Below are positions 1 through 11,000 of a stretch of 64,000 bases of DNA, in pieces. The position numbers were made by a program, and so were the translations under genes. Position 1 is the stretch's first letter. Each line of letters begins with the position of its first letter. The stretch comes from Balanoglossus misakiensis (Eukaryota; Animalia; Hemichordata): the NCBI GenBank assembly GCA_040954595.2, contig CM082592.2:2046001-2110000 (forward strand). Direction: 5' to 3'. The notes below the pieces were generated by a model, which saw only the letters and a program-made list of their open reading frames with translations, searched no databases and had not been told where the DNA came from.

Positions 1-172
1 AATATGGGTTTTCCCTTTGTAGGACAAATGACCAAGATTTCAGAATTCTACAGATTTTTTGAATGCGCTGAGCCCAATTGAAATCATCTGCAACTGACTT
101 GTCATGATTCAGCATGACACCAAGAATGACCATGCCATCCGGTTGAAGCTTAACAGGTAAAGGGCAGTCAGT

Positions 173-210
173 ACGAGAACCGGCTTATTCTACGTGGTAT
201 GGCCGTAAGC
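173..210 (-). pseudogene. 5S rRNA 5' stub (nt 1-38) fused to Tx1-like LINE sequence
   Basis: GCTTACGGCCATACCACGTAGAATAAGCCGGTTCTCGT runs directly into LINE sequence ACTGACTGCCC..., with a 3-nt CGT microhomology to the LINE (compare 7765-7780). Confidence 0.9.
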
Positions 211-473
211 GAAGGATGCTGGAATTTCTCCTGCTATAAACCCGAATGCTACACCATTGAAAACGTATCCTGACTTGGCCAATTTTTGTGGGTAACCGAT
301 CGACCTTTCATAGCTTATAAGGCAAGTGGGATGAAAAAAAATGTGGTTTGTTTTGTTCTGCAAACCAGTGGTTTTGGAATTCAGACATTTGCAGAAAAAG
401 GAAAAAACGGAAACTTGCGATAAAAAATATTACCCTTCCGGCTACACTTTAATGGAAAATTAGGGAAAATATT

Positions 474-593
474 AAGCCTACAGCACGTAGTATTCCCAGA
501 CGGTCTCCCGTCCAAGTACTAACTACGCCCAACGCAGGTTTGCTTCGGTGATCAGACGAGAACCGGCTTATTCTACGTGGTATGGCCGTAGGC
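474..593 (-). rRNA. 5S rRNA: 5S rRNA gene, full length (120 nt)
   Basis: Reverse complement reads GCCTACGGCCATACCACGTAGAATAAGCCGGTTCTCGTCTGATCACCGAAGCAAACCTGCGTTGGGCGTAGTTAGTACTTGGACGGGAGACCGTCTGGGAATACTACGTGCTGTAGGCTT. All five metazoan 5S helices can pair, and a TTTT run lies a few nt downstream. Confidence 0.95.
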
Positions 594-744
594 GAAGGAT
601 TGTTGAAATTCTCCTGCTATGAACCCGAATCCTACACCATTGAACACGTATCCCGACTTGGCCAATTTTAGTGGGTAACCGATCGACCTTTCATAGCTTA
701 TAAGGCAAGTGGGATGAAACAAATGTGGTTTTTTTGTTCTGCAA

Positions 745-2086
745 AAACGAGGTATAACAAATAATATCATTAGAATTCTATCTGTTGTGTTAAACTTATT
801 TACATTACAGGCACTGTAAATATACTGGAAAACAAGTTGCCACAAGGATTGAATTGTCTGGCAGCACACAAGCAAATGATACACGTCTTCGGGGGGAAAT
901 GTGCAGAAGTCACAAGTAGGACTAAGGATTTTGCCTGCTTTGTAAAGACGAAGGTTATTAAAAACTGCGTTGTGACAAATGAGATAATCCAGATCACCCA
1001 GGTAGTTATCCTTGAAATTTGTGTAAACCTTACTAAAATCAAAGTTTGGCAAGTGAAAGAGCCAATACTGAACACCCGTTGGCACTGTTTTTCTCAGATG
1101 TCGAGCAATTGTAGTAATGTGTCTAACTTTAAGAGAATGGAAAGGAACACGTTGATCATGAGCATTAACAATAAAGAGAGACTGGTTTTTGTCCACTTTG
1201 TTATAATCTTTGTAATTACTCTGCAGAATACCATGCCACTTTTGAGGAATTGAATTAAGGATAATATGGTACTGCTTCTCAACAGTATTGCTTGTGGGAG
1301 TGTAGGGATGGGCCAATGAAACCATGTCACGAATTGCATCTACAGGTAGGAACCCAGGAATGACCTCGTATAACAAATCTCTGATTTCAACAATGCCAGC
1401 TGAGCTGAAAAGTTTTATGATCGGCAGAGGGCGCCCTTCAACACTTGTAATGAAGGGGTTGTGAGAAATGGGTTCATTGATAATTTCATCGTAGGAAATT
1501 GGTTGTGCACGTGAATACCTGAAAAGATGCGACCAAGACTGAAAAAGTTTTCTGTAGAATGTAGAACACTGGCGTAAGTTGGCAGGATAAAGTAACATTG
1601 TAAAAGTGTCAACACCACAATTGAGATTGAGATACTTATTTAAGTTGTAGGTGACAAACAACTTGAACTTGTGTACATAATCTTTATCCTGTAATTTACA
1701 CAACCACTTGAGACGAAGTGCTGGCACTTTGTCTTGAATATTTGTGATTTTTAGTCCCCCATCTTGAATGTCGGAAGTGATGACATCATATTTCACCCTG
1801 TGATGACCTTAGCTCAAGAAGAAATTACAGATCATTCAAAATTTGTATGTGTTGCTGAGGCAAAGAAACAACAGATGCCCGGTACCAAAGAGTAGACGTA
1901 ACAAGGGAGTTGATAATATGGGTTTTCCCTTTGTAGGACAAATGACCAAGATTTCAGAATTCTACAGATGTTTTGAATGCGCTGAGCCCAATTGAAATCA
2001 TCTGCAACTGACTTGTCATGACTCAGCATGACACCAAGAATGACCAGGCCATCCGGTTGAAGCTTAACAGGTAAAGGGCAGTCAGT
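745..2086 (-). mobile_element. 5'-truncated Tx1/L1-clade LINE fragment (post-RT region and CCHC zinc knuckle), family A
   Basis: ORF 573-1796 contains GGLKI..I..K..AL.LKW and CDFC..PPEDVYHLL..C, typical of Tx1/L1 ORF2 C-termini. It carries frameshifts and stops. Confidence 0.85.
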
Positions 2087-2124
2087 ACGAGAACCGGCTT
2101 ATTCTACGTGGTATGGCCGTAAGC
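2087..2124 (-). pseudogene. 5S rRNA 5' stub (nt 1-38) fused to Tx1-like LINE sequence
   Basis: Same junction as 173-210. Confidence 0.9.
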
Positions 2125-2387
2125 GAAGGATGCTGGAATTTCTCCTGCTATAAACCCGAATGCTACACCATTGAACACGTATCCTGACTTGGCCAATTTT
2201 TGTGGGTAACCGATCGACCTTTCATAGCTTATAAGGCAAGTGGGATGAAAAAAAATGTGGTTTGTTTTGTTCTGCAAAACAGTGGTTTTGGAATTCAGAC
2301 ATTTGCAGAAAAAGGAAAAAACGGAAACTTGCGATAAAAAATATTACCCTTCCGGCTACACTTTAATGGAAAATTGGGGAAAATATT

Positions 2388-2507
2388 AAGCCTACAGTAC
2401 GTAGTATTCCCAGACGGTCTCCCGTCCAAGTACTAACTACGCCCAACGCAGGTTTGCTTCGGTGATCAGACGAGAACCGGCTTATTCTACGTGGTATGGC
2501 CGTAGGC
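2388..2507 (-). rRNA. 5S rRNA: 5S rRNA gene, second full-length copy
   Basis: Near-identical to 474-593 (one visible substitution near the 3' end), offset 1914 bp. Confidence 0.95.
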
Positions 2508-3545
2508 GAAGGATTGTTGAAATTCTCCTGCTATGAACCCGAATCCTACACCATTGAACACGTATCCCGACTTGGCCAATTTTAGTGGGTAACCGATCGA
2601 CCTTTCATAGCTTATAAGGCAAGTGGGATGAAAAAAATGTGGTTTGTTTTGTTCTGCAAAAAAAGAGGTATACCAAATAATATCATTAGAATTCTATCTG
2701 TTGTGTTAAACTTATTTACATTACAGGCACTGTAAATATACTGGAAAACAAGTTGCCACAAGGATTGAATTGTCTGGCAGCACACAAGCAAATGATACAC
2801 GTCTTCGGGGGGAAATGTGCAGAAGTCACAAGTAGGACTAAGGATTTTGCCTGCTTTGTAAAGACGAAGGTTACTAAAAACTGCGTTGTGACAAATGAGA
2901 TAATCCAGATCACCCAGGTAGTTATCCTTGAAATTTGTGTAAACCTTACTAAAATCAAAGTTTGGCAAGTGAAAGAGCCAATACTGAACACCCATGGGCA
3001 CTGTTTTTCTCAGATGTCGAGCAATTGTAGTAATGTGTCTAACTTTAAGAGAATGGAAAGGAACACGTTGATCATGAGCATTAACAATAAAGAGAGACGG
3101 GTTTTTGTCCACTTTGTTATAATCTTTGTAATTACTCTGCAGAATACCATGCCACTTTTGAGGAATTGAATTGAGGATAATATGGTACTGCTTCTCAACA
3201 GTATTGCTTGTGGGAGTGTAGGGATGGGCCAATGAAAACATGTCACGAATTGCATCAACAGGTATATAGGAACCCATGAATACGATGCTGAAGTTAGTGT
3301 CGGTTTCGGATTCGGATTCAGTTTCGGATTCGGTTTCGGATTCGGGTTCGAGAGACTGAAAATAGTTAAGCATTTTCGAGCGACCATCGCGGTTTGGCAT
3401 CTGCAGTACGAGTATGAAAATAACTCTGTAAAAATATGAATATATTAGATGTTATGTATGATATTTTTGGCACCAAAACACTGTTTTTTCACATCGGAAA
3501 TTGTTAAATACATATTTTATTATCGAAAAAACATACTTCGATGAT

Positions 3546-3776
3546 TTTTTTTTTTTTTTTTTTTTTTCCATTTGGTGTTCAATTATAGATTTATTGACGT
3601 ATTACAAAGGATAAGTGAACAAGCGAGACACCATCGATTACGGCAACCGTTACAATCATCAATTTCGAAGGTGCCTAGCAACAAGCTCTGATATCACAAG
3701 GACGCCTGATTTCAATGTGATTCTTAATGTTGTAAACACACATCTACAAAAAGATCTACCTGTGTTTTAATCGTTC
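3546..3776 (-). other. 3'-transduced flank with its own AATAAA and second poly(A)
   Basis: ~209 bp of unique sequence between two T-runs (3545-3567 and 3777-3800), with tttatt at 3590-3595, all inside the LINE TSD. Confidence 0.85.
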
Positions 3777-6700
3777 TTTTTTTTTTTTTTTTTTTTTTTT
3801 ATTAATATTATTATTATTTCTTTAATACATGTCAATGAATTATTTGCATACAGCTTTGTAATAATAATTCATGAAAAGAAGCTGATGGAATATACATGTA
3901 GTATTCATGGACAAATATATCTTTTTAAGACATCAGTGCCAGAAAGCCTTGCCATTTATTATTGGCGATTACGCTATTAATTTCGTTCTCAACTTTTATC
4001 CTCAATATCAATTCTTCTTGAAACAGAGAAAAAATACAGAATTTTTTTAAAGTATACGTGGTCTTGTTTTGACAGATTAACCATGATTTATAAATTGAAA
4101 ACATTGCAATTACAATGACGTGGTTGACAGAGTTATCAAAGTCAGTTTTTCCAATTATCAAGTCCTTAAAGGCCAGGTTGACTACGACCCCCTTACAAAT
4201 ATAAATCAAATTACAGACCTTATTCCAGAAATTTTTAAGGCGCTGGCAATCCCAAAACATGTGTTTCTGGGTTCCGGCTATGTTACATACTCTACATAAG
4301 TTTTTATTTGAAATTTTCCATTTCTGTAAATTCTGCTGATTTGGTAAAATACAATGCAGGAATTTGTACATGAAGGCACAAAGTCGTCGTTCATTTGTTA
4401 AGCCGATAGTTCTTGAAACCCAATCCACATTCGAATCGAACAATCTATTCCACATGTGTGTGACCCAAGGCCACACAAATTTCTTGTTGATTAAGATCCT
4501 GTAATAATCTTTGACCTTAATTTTATCAACCGGATAGATTTGGTCACTATCCTCTGATATTCGGACAAAACAGTTACATGGCGATTGAAAATTAACATTT
4601 TGACTAACAATAGTATTGCCAAAGTTGGTACAATGTGCTTTCCACAGAGTTGGGATTGCACTAATCAATTGAAACAGCTCTGAAACCCAATTTGCCCGTC
4701 TATCAAGTTTTTCGTAAATTCCCTTTATATCAAAACCCGTATTATTTACAAGATCTTTAAAGCGTACGATTCCCGCATCAACCCAATTGCGAAAGAAAAG
4801 GGTTTTACCCTTAAATGATATATGTTTGTTACACCACAAAACCTGATTTAAGATAGATTGTGGATCATTAATTGGAGTATTTCCTCAACCACCATCATGC
4901 CAGGCAAGTACAACCTCTCTGTAAAACTTTGGCAAAGTAACAAAGCACTGACAATGTCTTGTCTAAGTGAAGTTCATAGAAAATATGACATCGGCAATTC
5001 CATCTTTATATAAATAATGATAAGGGATCAACTTCCATGAGGGCAGCAGAATATTAACTGGTTCTGAAAGCAGGCGATTTACCCATGATGCTTTCAGGGC
5101 TTTGTTCTGGCAGAACACATCAGGTGCATTAATTCCACCTTGGGAATAATCACCAATGATTGTGCACCGCTTAATTTTATCAATTTTGGAACCCCAGATA
5201 AACGAGGCAAACAGTCTGTCTAGTTTGACAAGTACATCATGCGAAACAGTACAAAGATTGAAAACATACGTTAATCTGGAAGCTATTAATGCCTTTAACA
5301 CAATAACTTTACCATAGACCGTCAGATTTCTAGAGGACCATAACTTCAAAATATTCTCAATTGGCGCAAAACGTGTATCAATATTGAGTTTTAAAGCACA
5401 CTCAATATCGTTATCAAAGTAAACACCCAAGGACTTTATTGGCCTATCTGGCCAACTAATATTGCCAATTTTCTTTTTTCTTTTTTTCCATTTCCCTACC
5501 CAAAGGCCTTCAGTTTTTGTTTTGTTTAGTACAGGCCCAGCAACTCTGCTGAATTCATTTACAATGGACAGCGCTTTTAGAACAGACTCTTCGTTTGACA
5601 CGAATATCGTAGTGTCATCTGCCACTTGGCATATTCTTATCTCTCTTTCAAGAATATTTCCAACTTTTACATTTATACCATGCATATCTTTTTCAGCTCT
5701 TATTTTAACAGCTAGTACCTCTACTACCAATAAAAATAACAAGGCAGATAGAGGACATCCTTGTCTGATGCCCCGTCTGAGTTGAAATTTCTCAGACACC
5801 CATCCATTATTAATTACAGACGCTTTACAGTTAGAATAAATTGCCTTTATCCAGGCTCGAAAGGTGTAGCCGAAATTAAACTTTTCAAGAACCTTGAATA
5901 AGAAATTCCATTCAACACTATCAAAAGCTTTACTAAAATCCAAAAATAGGATAGCTCCAGGCAAATCCTCAACATTGGTATATGAAATAACATCATAGAT
6001 TAATCTTACATTTTCACCAATAGATCTATTTTTAATATAAGCAGTTTGGTCTCTGTTAATAATGTCATTGAGCATTGGTTGAAGCCGTCTCGCAAGTATA
6101 CACGCAAGCAACTTATAATCAGTGTTCAATAAACTTATCGGTCTCCAGTTACCCAAGTCACAGTGATCACCTTTCTTGTACAGCAGTCTCAAGACTGCAA
6201 AAGATTGTGATTCAGACAACATCTGCTGGTTCAGTCCTTCTTGAATTGAACCGTAAACGGTGTCACCAATAACATCCCAAAATTCCTTAAAGAATTCAGA
6301 TGGTAAGCCATCGTACCCTGGGGTTTTCCCATTTTTTAACGAATCGACAGCCTGTTTACACTATTCACGTGTTATAGGCATGTCCAATATGTGCTTGTTG
6401 TCATCCGATAGGGAACTATCAAGATTGACGTTGAACAAATAAGCATCAATCTCGTCATCAGGCACATTTTCAGAAGAGTACAAGTGAGCATAGTACCTGT
6501 GTACGCACTTCAAAATGTCTCCGTGACCCGAAATTACATGGTCGTCAAACTTAAGGTTAATAATGGTGTGCTTAGCGCCATTACGTTTTTCAAGATTCAA
6601 AAAATACCTCGTTGATCTCTCCCCTTTAATATACCAGTTTGCACGGGATCGAATTCTGGCACCAGTTGCTTTTTTCTGGTAGATCTCTTCAATTTCATTC

Positions 6701-7011
6701 TTCACTCTCTCATACTCTATAAGCACAGTAGAGTCAAGTGTCTCATCTATTTTCTTATCTAAATTCTCAAGCTCTAGTTCCAAGCCGCTCAATTTGGCAG
6801 TTTCTCTCAGAGCTTTCTCTTTTGAATAACCAATTGTAAACTCACGAATTCTAATTTTACACATCTCAAGTGTCCGCTGCTTAGAAAACCCATTTGCATG
6901 GCCTTCAGACACACAATCTTTTATAGCACAACGAATTTTCTCTTTATACAAGTTATCGTACAATAGGCTGGTGTTAAACCGCCATAAACCCTGCCCACGT
7001 TTTTCATGATT
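3777..7011 (-). mobile_element. 5'-truncated Tx1/L1-clade LINE, family B (ORF2 from end of endonuclease through RT and zinc knuckle; in-frame stops only)
   Basis: ORFs 6361-7092, 4963-6222 and 3925-4839 share one frame. Motifs RGQGLWRFN, NWRPISLLNTDYK, LDFSKAFDSVEW, GIRQGCPLSALLF, QVADD and CRVC...HMFWDC. Poly(A) at 3777-3800; TSD catacttcgatgat at 3532-3545 and 7012-7025. Confidence 0.93.
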
Positions 7012-8035
7012 CATACTTCGATGATAGAAAGAAAATATTTTGTAATTTTCGGTTTGAATAAACATCTTTTGGGTGAGAAAAATGTCATACATAATAAGTA
7101 CAGATTAAATCAAGTTTATTCGTGTTTTAGTAAATTAATTTTAATTCTCGTACTGCAGATGCCAAACCACGATGGTTGCCCGTAAATGCTAAACTACTTT
7201 CAGTCTCTCCAACACGAATCCAAAACCAAATCCGAAACTGAATCCGAAACCAAATCCGAGTCTTACTTCAGTATCGTCCCAGGAGTGACCTCGTATAACA
7301 AATCTCTGATTTTGACAATGCCAGCTGAGCTGAAAAGTTTTATGATCGGCAGAGGGCGCCCTTCAACACTTGTAATGAAGGGGTTGTGAAAAATGGGTTC
7401 ATTGATAATTTCATCGTAGGAAATTGGTTGTGCACGTGAATACCTGAAAAGATGCGACCAAGACTGAAAAAGTTCCCTGTAGAATGTAGAACACTGGCGT
7501 AAGTTGGCAGGATAAAGTAACATTTTAAAAGTGTCAACACCACAATTGAGATTGAGATACGTATTTAAGTTGTAGGTGACAAACAACTTGAATTTGTGTA
7601 CATAATCCCTTTGAGGGACAATTTATGAAATGACCAAGATTTCAGAATTCTACAGACTTTTGGAATGCGCTGAGCCCAATTGAAATCATCAGCAACTGAT
7701 TTGTCATGACTCAACATGACACCAGGAATGACCATGCCATCCGGTTGAAGCTTGACAGGTAAGGGGCAGTCAGTACGTCCTCTATTGTTTCCTATCCACA
7801 TCAAAGCACTATTGTTCAAATTAACCTTTGACCCAGAAGCTTTACCATAATCACAAAAGACCTGATACGTTTCGCGGATAGAATGGTCATCGCTAACGGT
7901 AAGTGTGGTAACGGTAAGGAAGATACAGTACTGCCAGGAATTTGAATACCATGTATGATGTGGTTACGCTGAATAGCGGCATTTAGAGGCCAAGCCGACA
8001 GCACGTACAACATTGCTGACAGCGGGCACCCTTGT

Positions 8036-11000
8036 TAGACCATGAGCCAGTAGGGGTTTACCTCCCCCCCCCCCCCCCCCCCCCCCCGGGGGAATTTTTG
8101 AGACAATGTTTTTCTGAAAGCCTATCATATACTGAGTAAAATTCACTTTGTTTGCCATCTGGGCACCGGGGCGTTTTCGAGTTATTGGCTTCTAAATTAT
8201 ATTGGGTAACGTATGTAGAAAAGCCTAAAAGTGCATATAAATTGACGTAGGGGGGTAAATTAGTCTTGTAAAATACTGTCTCTCTGAATGTATACCTAGA
8301 ACAACAGGGAAGTATTTGGTATCAAAAGAAAGCTTAATAAACAAGCTTTCCATTAATTACAAAATTAAAGTGATATGACAAATCATGACATCATAGTGAC
8401 GTCATAAGTCAAAATACCCTTACGAAAATGGTGTTCTGTTCACCTATAATTTGTATAAATGTGAGGTTTTGCAAAACACGTCTCTGAGCAATTGTACTGA
8501 TGAAAACTGTAATGTGTTTGGTATCAACAGAAAGCTGATTGAGTAAAGTATCTAATTATTGCAAAATATTGATATAATAATCAATTACGTCATCATTACG
8601 TCATACTTCCAAGTACCCTTACCAATTAGTGACTATGATGACAAGTTATTACCCTAGGAGATAGGTGCCTTTAAATAAAAAAATTGGTAAGGAAGGTTTG
8701 TGAAGTCCATTCTATGTAAAAAATGGTGCTGATTCCAAAAAAGGCAGTCTTATTGACCCCACCCAAGACAAAATTGCCATTTTGGCACTTTTTAACCCAA
8801 AAAAAGGTCATTTTTAGAAAACACTAAAAACACGCTGTTTTCGTCACATTCGAAGATCTGATGACATATGATATGCCTATTCTATGTAAAATTTGGTTGA
8901 TATTACGAAAAAAGCAGTCTAACTGACCCCACCCAAGACAAAATTGCCATTTTGGCACTTTTTAACCCAAAAAAGGTCATTTTTAGAAAACACTAAAAAC
9001 ACACTGTTTTCGTCACATTCGAAGATCTGATGACATATGATATGCCTATTCTATGTAAAGTTTGGTTGATATTACGAAAAAAGCAGTCTGACTGACCCCA
9101 CCTAAGACAAAATTGCCGTTTTGGCACTTTTTAACCCAAAAAAGGTCATTTTTAGAAAACAACAAAAACACACTGTTTTCGTCACATTCGAAGATCTGAT
9201 GACATATGATATGCCTATTCTATGTAAAATTTGGTTGATATTACGAAAAAAGCAGTCTAACTGACCCCACCTAAGACAAAATTGCCGTTTTGGCACTTTT
9301 TAACCCAAAAAAGGTCATTTTTAGAAAACACTAAAAACACACTGTTTTCATCACATTCGAAGATCTGATGACATATGATATGCCTATTCTATGTAAAATT
9401 TGGTTGATATTACGAAAAAAGCAGTCTGACTGACCCCAAACGAGACAGAATTGCCTTTTTGACCATTTTTTGCCCAAAAACGTCATTTTTAGACAAAACT
9501 TAAAACACACTCTTCTCTTCATATTGATTGATTTGATGATATATGGAAAGTCAATTCTATGCGTAAAATGGTGACTATAAAACATTAAGCAGTCTTTTTG
9601 ACCCCAATCAATACAAAAATGCCATTTTTGGCCATATTTTTGAGGTCAAAAAAGGTCATTTTTACAAAAAAACTAAAAACAAACTGTTTTCTTCATATTC
9701 AGAGATCATGTGATATATGAAAAGTTTATGCTATGTAAAATAGTTCTGATTCCAGAAATAGCAGCCTTATTAACCCCCACTCAAGGCAAATGTGCCATTT
9801 TTGCCACTTTTTGCCCCAAAAATGTCATTTTTAGAAAACACTCAAAACTTATATATTTTCTTCACTTTCGGAGATCTGATAATGTATTGTTTACCCACCT
9901 TGTGTAAAATTTGGTAGGTATTCAAAAAAGTGCGTTTTTTTGCAAGTTTTTGCCCAAAAAGGCCATTTTAAGAAATAAGCAAACGTTTTTCTTTATATTT
10001 GGAAATTTGATCATGTATGAAAAGTCCATTTATTGAAAAATTGCTGTTGACTCTAGAAAAAGCAATCTTATTGATCTCAATGAAGATGAAAATACTTTTT
10101 GCCCAAAAAGGGTCATTTTTAGAAAATACTAAAAACATGCTATTTGTTTCCCTTTGGTGATCTAATAATAAATAAAAGTCCATTCTATCTTAAAAGTAGC
10201 GATTTTTCCAAAAAAGCACTCTTACTGACTCCACAGAGGGAAAAAATGCCATTTTGGCCACTTTGCTTAAAAAAGGTAACTGTTTGAAAACTTCTTTCTT
10301 TATTTTCAGATCTTATGATGTACGGAGAAGGTCCATTTTTGTTGAATGGGAGCCAATTCCAAAAAAAAAATTCTTTTCAGCCCTACAAAATTGTCATTTT
10401 GGCCATTTTTGGTCGAAAAGGTCATTTCAAGAAAAAATGAAAACAAGCTGTTTTCTTCGTATTTAAATGTTTGATTATGAATGGAAAGTCCATTTTTTGC
10501 AAAAAATATGCTGATACCAACACAACAGTCTTATTAAGACCCCACTCAATACAAAATTGCCACTAAGCCATCTTCTAGTCAACAATTGTCTTTTTCAGAA
10601 AACAAAATAATTGGTGTTTTTTGCCTTTTGAGTTTTGATGTTATATTTGCATATTTAAAATGTCATACCATATGATATCAGTTGAATTGATGATATTGAA
10701 AGGCACATTTAGCCTAAAATGGAACTCAACAATAAAACGAGACGATCCATGTATTCACACTGTATACTATAAGTCGGTTATACATGGTATAATTTTTTTA
10801 AGTACATCTATACCAGCTCCGGATAGATTGTTAACATTTATCCTCTTCGTTCTGAATACAAAATCAGAAATTATATTATATCACATGATGTCTGAATATG
10901 AAGAAAACAGTTTGTTTTTAGTTTTTTTGTAAAAATGACCTTATTTGACCTCAAAAATGTGGCCAAAAATGGCATTTTTGTATTGATTGGGGTCAAAAAG

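Larger units (their letters stand above)
1..3276 (-). repeat. Tandem array, 1914-bp unit: LINE 3' fragment + spacer + intact 5S + spacer + 5S stub
   Basis: Position 1 matches position 1915 (aatatgggttttccct...). ORFs 800-1075/2716-2991 and 837-1253/2753-3169 are near-identical. The array continues off the left edge. Confidence 0.92.
3277..7277. mobile_element. Non-autonomous TIR element (~0.5 kb once the nested LINE is removed) with imperfect ~130-bp inverted ends
   Basis: 3282-3412 is the inverted counterpart of 7148-7277 (ctcgtactgcagatgccaaacc... plus GAATCC/GAAACC hexamer runs). It is flanked by ccca at 3273-3276 and 7278-7281, and the empty site aggaacccagg is seen at ~1348-1358. Confidence 0.7.

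Noticed and set aside
573-745. C-terminal extension of the 407-aa ORF (and ORF 13356-13598) as a real protein tail
   Set aside because: It reads through 5S spacer into the 5S gene itself and differs in frame between copies.
3262-3268. Extra tata relative to the paralog (ggtatatagg vs ggtagg) as a Tc1/mariner excision footprint
   Set aside because: Equally well explained by TA slippage.
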